A stretch of 64,000 nt of DNA from NCBI GenBank assembly GCA_963663805.2, contig CAXXMR010000011.1, forward strand, positions 64,001 through 128,000, read 5' to 3'. Both the position numbers and the translations under genes were made by a program. Shown here one piece after another: positions 49,742-60,114 of the stretch. Within the stretch, counting starts at the first letter, position 1; each line of letters opens with the position of its first letter. This DNA is from Sedimentisphaerales bacterium (lineage in GTDB: Bacteria > Planctomycetota > Phycisphaerae > Sedimentisphaerales > SM23-30). Under the pieces are notes generated by a model. It made no database searches. It was not told the DNA's origin and was given only the letters and a program-made list of their open reading frames with translations.

Positions 49742-51124
49742 ATGAATTCAAATGAGTTTGGCGAATTTCAGGACTGGTCGGACGCTGAAAACTGCATTGA
49801 GCGGGCCCACGACCTCTATGAGGCAGGCAGAATGCACGAGGCACTGGGCAATCTCCAGATTGCCATCGAAATCAACCCCGCCAACGGCAACTGGCACTTC
49901 AACAAAGGGCTTATCCTGGACACTCTAGAAAGATTCGACGAGGCCGTTGACGCCTTCACCTCCGCCCACGAACTCGAACCGGAAGACCCCGAAATTATGA
50001 ACTGCCTCGGCGTCGATTATACCCGCCTGGGCCAATACGAAAGATCTCTGGAAATTTTCGAAGAACTCGTCGCCGCTGTCCCGGACTTTGAGCCGGGCTA
50101 TTGCAACCGCATAATCACCTATTCGGAGATGGGCCGTCACGAAAAAGCCGAGGAAATGTTCTATCTTGCCCGCCAACTGAAAGACCACTGCCCGCTTTGC
50201 TACTTCAATATCGGCAACTCGTTATTTTCCCGTCAATTATACGACCGTGCGATATGGTGCTGGCAGCAGACCAGAAATCTTAGCCCTAACCAGCCCCAGG
50301 TCGAATGCCGCATCGCTCAGGCCTACTGGGCCAAAGGCGACTACCACAAAGCCGGCGAACATTTTCTGGCGGAACTCCGTCGCGGTCCGGGCGATGTCGA
50401 AGTACTCATGGACTACGGCATAATGCTGCTGGAAATGAACGACCTGCAGACCGCCCGCGAAAAATTCAACCGCATTATCGAACTTCATCCCGCCAACGGC
50501 ATGGCGCATCATTATCTGGGCGAACTCTACCTCAACGAAGGCCGGGTTTCACTGGCCGTCGAATCGTTTAATCGCGCTATTCGTCTCAGTCCCGAACCGC
50601 ACGGGTCACATTATCGACTCGGCGAATGCTTCCTGCTGCTGGGCCAAAAAGCCAATGCCCGCGAACATCTTCTGGCTGAACTTAAAAACGCGCCCGAACA
50701 AGCCGAAGTAATGCTTGACCTGGGTTGCCTGCTGGTCGAAGTGGACGAAATCGCTGAAGCGGTCAGTTGCTTTGAAAGAGCCATCGAAATTGAACCCCAG
50801 GATCCCAGCGGCTATCAAAACCTCAGTCTGTGCTATTATCGCCTCGGCCTCATCGAACGCGGCATCGACCTGTCCGACCAGGTTCTCGAAAATGACCCTG
50901 AAAATATCAGTGCCCTGCTTTCACTGGCCCAGGCCCATTTCGTCAGCGGTAATCTTATGGCCGCCCGCGAAAACATCCAGCTCGCCCGCCAACTCCTGCC
51001 CAAAAACAAGGCCGTCAACGCCCTCAGTCGCAAAATCCAGACGGCCCGAATCAAAAACAAAATTACCAAACCCCTACGTAATCTCACGGCCAGAAAACCC
51101 AAAACGGCTTCGTCCTCCAAATAG
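49742..51124 (+). CDS. Tetratricopeptide repeat protein
   Basis: Repeated 34-aa units (..G..L..L.R..EA...F..A.EL.P); GAGGT SD. Confidence 0.9.
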   Translation: MNSNEFGEFQDWSDAENCIERAHDLYEAGRMHEALGNLQIAIEINPANGNWHFNKGLILDTLERFDEAVDAFTSAHELEPEDPEIMNCLGVDYTRLGQYERSLEIFEELVAAVPDFEPGYCNRIITYSEMGRHEKAEEMFYLARQLKDHCPLCYFNIGNSLFSRQLYDRAIWCWQQTRNLSPNQPQVECRIAQAYWAKGDYHKAGEHFLAELRRGPGDVEVLMDYGIMLLEMNDLQTAREKFNRIIELHPANGMAHHYLGELYLNEGRVSLAVESFNRAIRLSPEPHGSHYRLGECFLLLGQKANAREHLLAELKNAPEQAEVMLDLGCLLVEVDEIAEAVSCFERAIEIEPQDPSGYQNLSLCYYRLGLIERGIDLSDQVLENDPENISALLSLAQAHFVSGNLMAARENIQLARQLLPKNKAVNALSRKIQTARIKNKITKPLRNLTARKPKTASSSK

Positions 51125-51439
51125 TGTGCGTTATTTCGGATTGGTAAAATCCTTGTAATTTCTTATTTTTTTAGGGAAATGGGGATTAGGGGAGTTTTTG
51201 GGGGTGGGAATGGGGGTATTTTTTTGTAAGTCTTTATTTTGCAAGGGTTGATTGGTTGGGGGGCAGCGCGATTTTGCCTTAAAATAGTGATTTTTTCGTG
51301 TTTTTCGTGTTTTTGGGGTGGGAAAAAACGCGTTTTTCTCGATTTTTTGACGTTTTTTCGTTTTTTGGCGAAATACAACTATACTATATCACCTTTTTGG
51401 GGCTATTTTTCTTAAAAAAGTACCATATAGTATGGAAGA

Positions 51440-51652
51440 AGGCATTAGGCATGAGGCATTAGGCATGAGTGAACGGAACGGAGGAAGGCATTAGGCATGA
51501 GGCAGGAGTGAACGGCGAGGTTTCGGCCTTTGGCCGAGGGTTGAATGATTAACGGCGCGGTGCCTGCCTTCGGCAGGGATTTATTATTTTTTTGCTTCAG
51601 GACCGGGGGCTTACGCCGCCCGGCTATGCGCTCTTACGACCCCTTGGGGGGT
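51440..51652. repeat. Intergenic heptamer repeats and REP-like hairpins
   Basis: AGGCATT/AGGCATG tandem units; hairpins TCGGCC-TTT-GGCCGA, CCTGCC-TTC-GGCAGG, CCGGGGGCTTACGCCGCCCGG. Confidence 0.7.
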
Positions 51653-51803
51653 GATAATAAATCTGGATAGAGATATAGGCCTGTTTTTTATCTGGAATTT
51701 TAACATCTGGTTAAACAACAAGTTAGGGTTTATCGTCCGGAAATAACCGCACAACATAGGGACAACTTTTTAACATAATCAACACAAAATCGCCGTTTCC
51801 GGC

Positions 51804-51860
51804 TTGAAATCAAAATATCAATCCGATATATTCATAGTTGTACCAACAATTGGTCAACCA
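51804..51860 (+). promoter_or_regulatory. Promoter and GntR-type operator candidates
   Basis: TTGAAA-17 bp-TATATT; palindromes GTTGTACCAAC (51837) and TGGTCAACCA (51851). Confidence 0.6.
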
Positions 51861-51883
51861 GAAAAGTACAGGTAAAATCTTCT

Positions 51884-53026
51884 ATGGAAAAATTCGATAC
51901 TCTGAAATCTACTAACAACGCGCGTTCGGGATTGAAGTGGCAGGTTGTCAAAAAATTCATCATTTCCGAAGTATCATCTGGCAAATACCGCCCCGGCGAT
52001 GTACTGCCCAGCGAAAACTATCTTACTGACAAAGTGGGCGTTTCCCGCAATACGATACGTCAGGCTTTTGAGGAGCTCGAAAAGGAAGGTTACATTTATC
52101 GGGTACGGGGCAAGGGAACATTTGTTTCCAGACCAGCGCCGGTTAAAAACACAAATAAGTCTTCGATCTTTGGTCTGGTTGTCCCTGAAATCAGGCGCAG
52201 CTTGTACCCTTCACTGGTCCAGGGTTTCGGTCAGGAGCAGGCTGGCAAAAGCCAACAGACTCTTATCTGCCAGACCAACAACGACGTACACCAGCAGGGC
52301 AATATCATTCTTCAACTTCTTCATTGCGGGGTAAACGGCCTGGCAATCGTGCCGGTTACGATAGGCCAAACTCCGGTCTTCCAAATCGAAATGGTACTGG
52401 ACAGCGGCATCCCCGTGGTAACCTGCCACCGCGCTATTCCCGGCGCTGACGTGCCGGTAGTTACCTGGAACCGTGAACTTGCCGGCCAAATGGCCTGCCG
52501 GGAATTCCTCAAACTGGGACATCGTTCCATTGCCTATTACGGCGTACACCGTTATGTCGTTACGGAAGCACACGTGGCCGGCATGCGACAGACTCTCAGG
52601 CAGGCCGGCCTTTCTCTGCCCGACACTCACATAGTGTGGGATCCGCCTTCGGACACATCTGAACAGGACCGGTGCAAACAGGAACAGTTTTTGAAATTGC
52701 TCAACTCTGAAAATCCGCCCACCGCTGTATTTTGCAGCGACGATAACGAAGCCGAAAGGATTTACTGGCTTCTGACGGATAAAGGTATGAAGGTTCCCGA
52801 TGATTTATCTATTATCAGCTTTGGCAACTCGCTCCGCGATACCGTCTTTCGCGAACACCTGACCTCTATAGTCGTCAATGAACACGAACAGGGAACACTG
52901 GCAGCTCGGATTCTTCATGAAATGACCACCGGTAAGCGACCTATCAATGACAGTGAAGTTTTTGTGATGGACCTTAACGTTTATCGCGGGATTACTCTGG
53001 GGACGCCTGCATTTAAGAAGGCATGA
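51884..53026 (+). CDS. GntR wHTH + LacI-type sensor regulator (AraR-like)
   Basis: LPSENYL...GVSRNTIRQAF..L..EG..RVRGKGTFV; PTAVFCSDD, VPDDLSIISF. Confidence 0.93.
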   Translation: MEKFDTLKSTNNARSGLKWQVVKKFIISEVSSGKYRPGDVLPSENYLTDKVGVSRNTIRQAFEELEKEGYIYRVRGKGTFVSRPAPVKNTNKSSIFGLVVPEIRRSLYPSLVQGFGQEQAGKSQQTLICQTNNDVHQQGNIILQLLHCGVNGLAIVPVTIGQTPVFQIEMVLDSGIPVVTCHRAIPGADVPVVTWNRELAGQMACREFLKLGHRSIAYYGVHRYVVTEAHVAGMRQTLRQAGLSLPDTHIVWDPPSDTSEQDRCKQEQFLKLLNSENPPTAVFCSDDNEAERIYWLLTDKGMKVPDDLSIISFGNSLRDTVFREHLTSIVVNEHEQGTLAARILHEMTTGKRPINDSEVFVMDLNVYRGITLGTPAFKKA

Positions 53027-53200
53027 GGTATGAGGCGTTTAAGAAGGCATGAGGCAAAGATATAAGATTAACGGCACGGCAACGGCGGATTTACGGGATT
53101 AACGGTGGACGACGAAGGATTTCAATTTAGAGACAAGACATAAGATATAAGATTAACGGCCAGGTGCCGACCTATGGTCGGGATTTATTTTGATTAACGG
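53013..53200. repeat. Second cluster of the same heptamer/hairpin repeats
   Basis: TTTAAGAAGGCATGAGG twice, AAGATATAAGATTAACGGC twice, hairpin CCGACC-TAT-GGTCGG. Confidence 0.65.
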
Positions 53201-53239
53201 ATTTAATGGTGAAACTATTTTGCGGCGAAGGAGCTGTTT

Positions 53240-54076
53240 ATGAGTACAAGAAAAGGTTTTACACTCGTTGAGTTACTGGTAGTAGTTGCAATCATCGCTT
53301 TGCTGGTGAGTATTTTACTGCCGGCGTTGGGTCAGGCCCGGTATCAAACCAAGCTGGTACTTTGCGCTACCCGGCAAAGAACCATACTTCAGGCTATCAA
53401 CTCCTATTCGTCCGAATATGGCAAGCTGCCCCCCACAAACCAGTGTTGTTGGGAAAATGCCCGAAAAACTGACATATGGTATACTATCCCCAATCGTGTT
53501 AAATACAAATACGGCTCATCCTTTGAAATGAACGGCGGGTCAGTAATAAAGACATTGGGTGAATACATGGAGTCGGCAGCAAATTTCACCTGCCCCGCTA
53601 TCACTGGTGATGCCAAATGGGAAGAAAATTTCATCAAGAATTCCAACGATGACGGCATCCCTCTGCTTGACAGCTCGTTTTTCATGCTCTGGAACTGGAT
53701 GAAGTACGAAAATGACGGATTCAGGCCTACCGATAACAGCGACACTTTAATGGTCATGGATATGATGATGATTACAGACCAATACAATTGCATATCATCG
53801 CCAGGCGATTCCTGGATGACCAGCCACACCGTAAAGGGTGGAACAATAAAACTATTCGAAGGCTTATCATCATTATATCCCGAAGATGAACGAATCAAGA
53901 TATGCCGCGTCCCCAATCGTGACAATACACCCCCTGATATCAACATCAACGCCGGATATGTCGACGGGCACGTAGAACAAATCAATGCCGCTGACGACAT
54001 GTCCCAGATGATTACCAGAGACGGTTCCCCCAAAGGATATTTCTTTCCGAAAGGCAGTTTTCGTCAGCAAAAATAA
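53240..54076 (+). CDS. Prepilin-type N-terminal cleavage protein with H-X9-DG-type C-terminus (DUF1559-like)
   Basis: KGFTLVELLVVVAIIALLVSILLPALGQAR...C; NAGYVDGHVE. Confidence 0.9.
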   Translation: MSTRKGFTLVELLVVVAIIALLVSILLPALGQARYQTKLVLCATRQRTILQAINSYSSEYGKLPPTNQCCWENARKTDIWYTIPNRVKYKYGSSFEMNGGSVIKTLGEYMESAANFTCPAITGDAKWEENFIKNSNDDGIPLLDSSFFMLWNWMKYENDGFRPTDNSDTLMVMDMMMITDQYNCISSPGDSWMTSHTVKGGTIKLFEGLSSLYPEDERIKICRVPNRDNTPPDININAGYVDGHVEQINAADDMSQMITRDGSPKGYFFPKGSFRQQK

Positions 54077-54168
54077 CTCTTAACAATCTATTACTGATGC
54101 AAAGGATAGTTGGCTTGCCCGCGTAAAGCAGGCCGCAAACGAAGTTATCTTATAAGGAGAAACACAAA

Positions 54169-56424
54169 ATGAGAAATGTAATTCTGACAATGTTGGCAAT
54201 CTGCCTGACAGCGGCGGCAGCCAACGCCGGGACCGTAGCACTTTGGAACTTCGACGACAAGGCTATTGGCGAGTTGGCTGATTCGGGCGGGCGTCTGGTT
54301 GACAGCACTGGCAATGGCTATGATGTTTTTATTGATGACGCTTCAGTTCCTGTATTTGATGATCCGGCACCATTTTACAGTGATAGTGGGGCAGCCCTTC
54401 TTACCGCAGCAGGCAATGCAAAAATCATATTTGAGCCGAGCCATGACTTTGGCGATGGCGGCGCAAACGCCAACAGTGGCAACCTAGGCAGCTTTGGCAC
54501 AAACGATTCATTTACATTAGAAGCTGTAGTCCGGTACACTGCAAAAAATCAGCCCAGCAAAGTATGTTGTTTGATGTCTAAAATCAGTGGTGATGCCGCA
54601 GATCCGCAGTGGTGGTGGCGTTTGGAAGGCGGCGGTAAGACATATAAATTTAATATGAAGGATGAGGGTCTCGTCAACACGGCCAAGACAGTTACCTTGG
54701 CCAACAGCGTTTACGATGGCGAATGGCATCATTTCGCTTTTGTTCGTGATGCGGCAGCGTCAAAAATATACCTGTATATCGACTATGTCCAAGTAGGTAG
54801 TAACAATGATGTTACGACCTCTGATATTGGTGTAGGCGGTCGTTTTTGCATTGGTAATTTTGACGGTGTAGATAGCCGTGACATGATCGGCAGTATGGAT
54901 ATGGCGCGGGTCAGTGATGTTGCGCTTTCTCCTTCCGAATTTTTACCGATGCTTGAAGTTTTGCCGATTAAGCCTGGCAACCCCAGTCCGGCCAATTGTG
55001 GTTTTGATGTCGCCACGGCATCGGTAGACTTGTCGTGGGATACTATTGAAGCTCTTGATCCAAATTTCACCCTGGGCAGTCAGAGCGTAACAGTGGCCTC
55101 AGACGCTCTGATGTCAAATATAGTTCAGACATACTCAAGCGTTACCGGCAACAGTGTCACCCTGACCGGCTTAGATGAGTCACGGAGTTATTACTGGCGT
55201 GTGGATACTGTTGGTACTCATGATATTGGTGGTGCCATTACACGCGAAGGTGATATCTGGAGTTTTTATACGGTAGAAAAGCCAGGTGATGTTGCTGGTT
55301 ACTGGAAATTTGACGATGTGACTCCGGGCACAATTATGCTTGATGGCGACAAAATTCTCGATTCCAGCGGCAACAACCGTGACCTCTACCTCCTCAACGA
55401 ACTCGAAGACGTATCCCCATCATCCTATGACACTTCCAACCCTGCTTATGGTTCTGGCGGTTCATATCTAGGTTTAAGCGATGCTCAGATGATGCTTTTG
55501 TCAGGCTACGATTTTGGCGGCAGTACTTTAGCCGGCAGCCCGATTGTAATACCGACAGGCGAAGACTTCAGTATCGAGGCGGTAGTGCGCTTTGACGCAG
55601 CTGAACATGATAATTATAACGCAATTATCGCTTTTACCCCAAAGCATCCGGATTTGACTGACTGGTATGGTTATGATTTACCTCAATACTGGTTCCGCAC
55701 CGAGACTGATGGTAAGCTACGTTTTTGGACACTGGATGCTGGTGCGAATACCGGCTGGGTTGCCGGCTCTACCGACATTTATGATGGTCAGTGGCATCAT
55801 GTTGCCGCAGTACGTGATAAGACTGCCGGTACGGTAAGCGTTTATATTGATGGTGTTCTTGACGGCAGCTCAATGGACGAGACTACCACTGATATTAGCC
55901 CGAACGGATATATGGTAATCGGCGGTTTTAATGGCTACACGAGCCGTAACTTCGGAGGGAATCTCGACTTTGTCAAGGTAACCCGTGCCGCTCTGACACC
56001 GGCTGAATTTGAGCAATCTGTCGCTCTGCCCACCGCCCCCAGTCCGGTCAGCGGCGCAACCGGTATTCCTACTACCTACGTGCTGAGCTGGACTCCTGTC
56101 GCTGGTGCGACTATTACCACCCAAACCGTGGTACTTTCCAGCGATCCGTTCATGGTCAATGTTGTTGATACGATTGTGGCGGATTCCGGCGTAAACAGCG
56201 TGCCGGTCAGCGGCCTTGATATTGAAACCATCTATTACTGGCGTGTTGATACAGACGGCTCCGATGCCGGCGGGTCATTCAGTCGTCAGGGTTACATCTG
56301 GAATTTCCGCACTCCGATTTGTGTGCTGGAAATGGCCGAAGGCGATATTAACGAGGATTGCAGTATCGATCTGCTTGATTTTGCGATTATGTCGGCCAAC
56401 TGGCTTCGTTCTGAGTACGAATGA
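54169..56424 (+). CDS. Secreted double LamG/FnIII protein with C-terminal dockerin-like motif
   Basis: Signal peptide; two units of W.FDD...DGEWHH.A.VRD plus YYWRVD; GDINEDCSIDLLDFAIMSANWL. Confidence 0.85.
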   Translation: MRNVILTMLAICLTAAAANAGTVALWNFDDKAIGELADSGGRLVDSTGNGYDVFIDDASVPVFDDPAPFYSDSGAALLTAAGNAKIIFEPSHDFGDGGANANSGNLGSFGTNDSFTLEAVVRYTAKNQPSKVCCLMSKISGDAADPQWWWRLEGGGKTYKFNMKDEGLVNTAKTVTLANSVYDGEWHHFAFVRDAAASKIYLYIDYVQVGSNNDVTTSDIGVGGRFCIGNFDGVDSRDMIGSMDMARVSDVALSPSEFLPMLEVLPIKPGNPSPANCGFDVATASVDLSWDTIEALDPNFTLGSQSVTVASDALMSNIVQTYSSVTGNSVTLTGLDESRSYYWRVDTVGTHDIGGAITREGDIWSFYTVEKPGDVAGYWKFDDVTPGTIMLDGDKILDSSGNNRDLYLLNELEDVSPSSYDTSNPAYGSGGSYLGLSDAQMMLLSGYDFGGSTLAGSPIVIPTGEDFSIEAVVRFDAAEHDNYNAIIAFTPKHPDLTDWYGYDLPQYWFRTETDGKLRFWTLDAGANTGWVAGSTDIYDGQWHHVAAVRDKTAGTVSVYIDGVLDGSSMDETTTDISPNGYMVIGGFNGYTSRNFGGNLDFVKVTRAALTPAEFEQSVALPTAPSPVSGATGIPTTYVLSWTPVAGATITTQTVVLSSDPFMVNVVDTIVADSGVNSVPVSGLDIETIYYWRVDTDGSDAGGSFSRQGYIWNFRTPICVLEMAEGDINEDCSIDLLDFAIMSANWLRSEYE

Positions 56425-56448
56425 TGTGTTGATTGTTTTTAACCTGTA

Positions 56449-56488
56449 ACGGGGTGGGTCGGAGCATATCGGCCCACCCCGTATTTTT
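56449..56488 (+). terminator. Intrinsic terminator
   Basis: ACGGGGTGGGTCG/CGGCCCACCCCGT then ATTTTT. Confidence 0.75.
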
Positions 56489-56491
56489 AGA

Positions 56492-58303
56492 ATGATTCGG
56501 AATAAAATGAAATTAAAATTAGCCTACATCTTCGCTTTAATAACGTTGTTCACCTCGATTACCAATGCCGCTCCGCTCTACCAGCAGGTGCTTTACCAGC
56601 GTGGCATGAATAATATCCACACCTATCGTATTCCTTCGCTTATCCAGGCACCGGACGGTACTATTCTGGCTTTTTGTGAAGCACGCGTAGACGGCGGCGG
56701 TGACGAAGACAATATTAACATTGTTCTCAGACGCAGCCGTGACGCTGGCAAGACGTGGTCGGCGATGCAGGTCATCTGGGACGAAGGGGTCAACACCTGC
56801 GGCAACCCTACGGCCCTGCTCGATGAAACAAATTCCCGTATCTGGCTGTTTATGAACCATAATCTCGGCCATGACCGGCTTAGATATTTTGTGAACGGCA
56901 CCAGCCAGGGCAGAAGAACCACTTGGTGCTGCTACAGTGACGATAACGGTAAAACCTGGTCGGCTCCTATCCAGCTAAAACATATCAAAGCGCCCGCAGA
57001 AGAAGAAACTGGGAACCTATGGGATGCCGTCGGGCCCGGTAACGGTATTCAGCTCAAACAAGGCCCTCACGCCGGCAGACTTATCGTGCCGGCCAACGCC
57101 CGTAATATATACAGCGACGACCACGGCAAAACCTGGCATGAAGGGACCATATTCTATCCCAACGGCGGTAATGAAGGCACCGTGGTGGAACTTACCGGCG
57201 GGGCGATCCTCCGCAATGACCGCATGAACGACCTCTACGCTCAATATCGTCGTCGCCTTTACTGCTACAGTTACGATCAAGGAGAGACCTGGACCCCTAC
57301 CATTCTCCATGACCAGCTTATAACGCCCATGTGTCAAGCCGCCATCATCTCTTACCCGGTTGAAAACAATCGGCAATATCTGCTGTTCTCCAACCCTGCC
57401 TCATTTTCACGCAATAACATGACCGTCCGCCTTAGTTACAATGACGGGCTGAGCTGGCCTGTTTCCCGTATGATATGGAAATACAATTCGGCCTACTCGT
57501 CTCTGGTTCGTTTGAAAGACGGTCGAGTCGGCTTGCTATACGAAAACGGCGACGGCAGTGCCTATCAGCAAATTACCTTTGCTTTGTTTGATATCGACTG
57601 GGTCAAGGATGACAGTGTCTTCCGCTGGGATTTTGAGAATCTGAGCAAATCTCAACTATCCGCCCAGACTATAATTTCCGACACCATGGGCTACAACCTC
57701 AGCGGTAAACTTACCCACAACATTCAGACCGCACCGGGTGGTGACAAAACCACCGCTCTGCGTTTCAGCGGCGAACAAGGCGTTACCCTCCTGCGTGACC
57801 AAAGCTCCGGCTATCTCGACTTATTTGCTGACACCGATTTCTATCTAAAAGCGGTATTTCGCACTCAATCTCACGGTCCTCAGCAAAAACCCGGCGCCCT
57901 TATTTCCAATGATTACGCACCCGGCCAGCCGTCATGGTGGCTCAGAGTACAGGATGGCAAACTAAAATTTTACATCCTCGACGAAAGACGCAACTCATCC
58001 GCAGTTGACAGCAAAACTAAAGTCAACGACAACAAATGGCACGAAGCCCTCATCGTCCATAACGCCGCGGAACAAAAACTCCAAATCTACCTCGACGGCA
58101 AACTAAACGCCGAACAATCTTCAAACTGCAAAGGCTCCTATGTAAACGACAAAAACATCTCCGTCGGCCAATTCAACAACGGCAGTTCAGGGTTCATTGG
58201 CGACCTGGACCTCGCCCAAATCAGCTATGGCTTGCCCAATCTGAAAAATACAAGCGATAACCCCCGGCACGAAGTCATACTCAAAGTACAGGAGTTGAAC
58301 TGA
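56492..58303 (+). CDS. GH33 sialidase-family protein + LamG
   Basis: YRIP, Asp boxes (SRDAGKTW, SDDNGKTW, SDDHGKTW, SYDQGETW), SAYS; signal peptide. Confidence 0.9.
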   Translation: MIRNKMKLKLAYIFALITLFTSITNAAPLYQQVLYQRGMNNIHTYRIPSLIQAPDGTILAFCEARVDGGGDEDNINIVLRRSRDAGKTWSAMQVIWDEGVNTCGNPTALLDETNSRIWLFMNHNLGHDRLRYFVNGTSQGRRTTWCCYSDDNGKTWSAPIQLKHIKAPAEEETGNLWDAVGPGNGIQLKQGPHAGRLIVPANARNIYSDDHGKTWHEGTIFYPNGGNEGTVVELTGGAILRNDRMNDLYAQYRRRLYCYSYDQGETWTPTILHDQLITPMCQAAIISYPVENNRQYLLFSNPASFSRNNMTVRLSYNDGLSWPVSRMIWKYNSAYSSLVRLKDGRVGLLYENGDGSAYQQITFALFDIDWVKDDSVFRWDFENLSKSQLSAQTIISDTMGYNLSGKLTHNIQTAPGGDKTTALRFSGEQGVTLLRDQSSGYLDLFADTDFYLKAVFRTQSHGPQQKPGALISNDYAPGQPSWWLRVQDGKLKFYILDERRNSSAVDSKTKVNDNKWHEALIVHNAAEQKLQIYLDGKLNAEQSSNCKGSYVNDKNISVGQFNNGSSGFIGDLDLAQISYGLPNLKNTSDNPRHEVILKVQELN

Positions 58304-58304
58304 A

Positions 58305-60077
58305 ATGACGCTCAAACAAGACGTATCCGAAGCAAATCCTAATCGCCGGGCCTTCCTGAAATTCTTAGGGCTGGGACTGGCTACGCCGCAATTGGCGAAT
58401 TCACTTCTGGCCTCGCCATCTCCCTCCGTCAAACGGCCTAACTTCCTTTGGATATGCACCGACCAGCAGCGTTGGGACACCATCACCGCCTTGGGCAATA
58501 CACACATCAAAACCCCCAACCTCGACGGCCTTGTCAAAAACGGTACCACTTTCACCGTTGCCCATTGCTCCGCTCCGCTTTGCACCCCCAGCCGTTCGGG
58601 GTTCATGACCGGCATGTACCCTTCGGCCATCGCCGCCTGTAAAAACGGGGCTGCCTGCTGGGCTGAAAAAGCCCCGCTCGTTACCAAACTGCTCAAAGAC
58701 GCGGGCTATGTCTGCGGTTTGTCCGGTAAACTGCACCTTTCCTCAGCCTACGGCGATAAAGTTGAAAAGCGTCCCCAGGATGACGGCTATTCCGAATTCT
58801 ATTTCAGTACCAGCCCCTATCAAGGCGGCCCGGCCAACGACTACCTCACCTGGCTGAGAAAACAGGGATACGAATACGAAGATTTCAAAAAACTTTCCTG
58901 GCAGGAACAAGCTCCGCTCCACCAGACAACCTGGTGCTGCGAACGGGCCGCTGATTTTCTCACCCGCCATCGGAATCGTCCCTGGCTCTTCAACATAAAT
59001 ATATTCCATCCTCACAGCCCCTACCACATCCGCGCAGACTTTCTAAAAAACCACCCCAATCTCGACAAAATCTCTCTACCCGAATTCCGTGAATCGGATA
59101 TTTACGAAAAGAGCGGCTGGGGTTTCACTCCCTACCGCTATCCCGACTCATATTTTCAATCTCGCCAGGCTGAATACTACGCCACTATTGAGCTTGTTGA
59201 CCAGAATATCGGCGGCCTTATCGAAGCCCTTGAAGCCACCGGTCAAATCGATAATACTGTAATTATTTTCACTTCCGACCACGGCGAGAATCTCGGCGAC
59301 CATGGCTTATACGGCAAAGGCAACTTCTACGAAGGCTCTGTCCGCGTTCCTCTTATCTGGTCCGGCCCCAGTATCCAGAAAAATATTATCAACGATTCAC
59401 TCGTCGAGCTGACCGAAATCGCCCCTACCATCCTGGATCTGGCCGGCGAAAAAGTTCCCCAACACATGCAGGGTATCAGCCTGGTTCCTGCCCTTCGGGG
59501 TAAAAAACAGAAACTTCGCGACCACATCCACAGCCAATTCTACGCCGGCACCGGTCCGGCACCCGGTTCCGAAGACTGGCCCGAAGAATACCTCACCATG
59601 TACCGTGATAAAAATTACAAGCACGTCGTCTACCACGGCTACGCCCGCGGCGAGCTTTTCGACCTTCAGAACGACCCCCACGAATACAAAAATCTCTGGG
59701 ACCAGCCCCAATACCTCGAAATACGCGACGAACTGCTCCTGAAAAACTTCAATGTCGCCGCCCGTGCCAACTACCCTGCCATGCCCGTTATGAGCAATCA
59801 GGCAGATGCCCGCAAGAAAACAAAGCTCAAAAGAATCGCTATTTTTGAAAATCACCCCGACCCCGACCTGCCCGGCCACTGGCTCAGCATCTACAGCGAC
59901 AGGCTCTACCACCTGGAAGTCCGCCACGGCTCCGGAAAAGTCAAACTCACCGACAAACATAAAAATGAACTTTGGTATAGCGATAACCACGATTTAAAAT
60001 ATAATATGCTCCGTAAATGTTTTGACGCCTTTGTGTTTTCCATCGACACCGGACCAGAACGAATCGGAAGATATTAA
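58305..60077 (+). CDS. Tat-exported formylglycine-dependent sulfatase
   Basis: NRRAFLK, PNFLWICTDQQR, CTPSR, GKLH, TSDHG. Confidence 0.92.
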   Translation: MTLKQDVSEANPNRRAFLKFLGLGLATPQLANSLLASPSPSVKRPNFLWICTDQQRWDTITALGNTHIKTPNLDGLVKNGTTFTVAHCSAPLCTPSRSGFMTGMYPSAIAACKNGAACWAEKAPLVTKLLKDAGYVCGLSGKLHLSSAYGDKVEKRPQDDGYSEFYFSTSPYQGGPANDYLTWLRKQGYEYEDFKKLSWQEQAPLHQTTWCCERAADFLTRHRNRPWLFNINIFHPHSPYHIRADFLKNHPNLDKISLPEFRESDIYEKSGWGFTPYRYPDSYFQSRQAEYYATIELVDQNIGGLIEALEATGQIDNTVIIFTSDHGENLGDHGLYGKGNFYEGSVRVPLIWSGPSIQKNIINDSLVELTEIAPTILDLAGEKVPQHMQGISLVPALRGKKQKLRDHIHSQFYAGTGPAPGSEDWPEEYLTMYRDKNYKHVVYHGYARGELFDLQNDPHEYKNLWDQPQYLEIRDELLLKNFNVAARANYPAMPVMSNQADARKKTKLKRIAIFENHPDPDLPGHWLSIYSDRLYHLEVRHGSGKVKLTDKHKNELWYSDNHDLKYNMLRKCFDAFVFSIDTGPERIGRY

Positions 60078-60114
60078 GGCAACCAGGTGAACTTCATGAA
60101 ACGAGGAGTATATT

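Noticed and set aside
51125..51420. G/T-rich low-complexity tract and a 71-aa basic ORF (51163-51378)
   Set aside because: The ORF follows from composition bias; no transposase or terminal repeats support a mobile element
51440..51652. Possible CRISPR array
   Set aside because: No constant repeat with unique regular spacers and no cas genes
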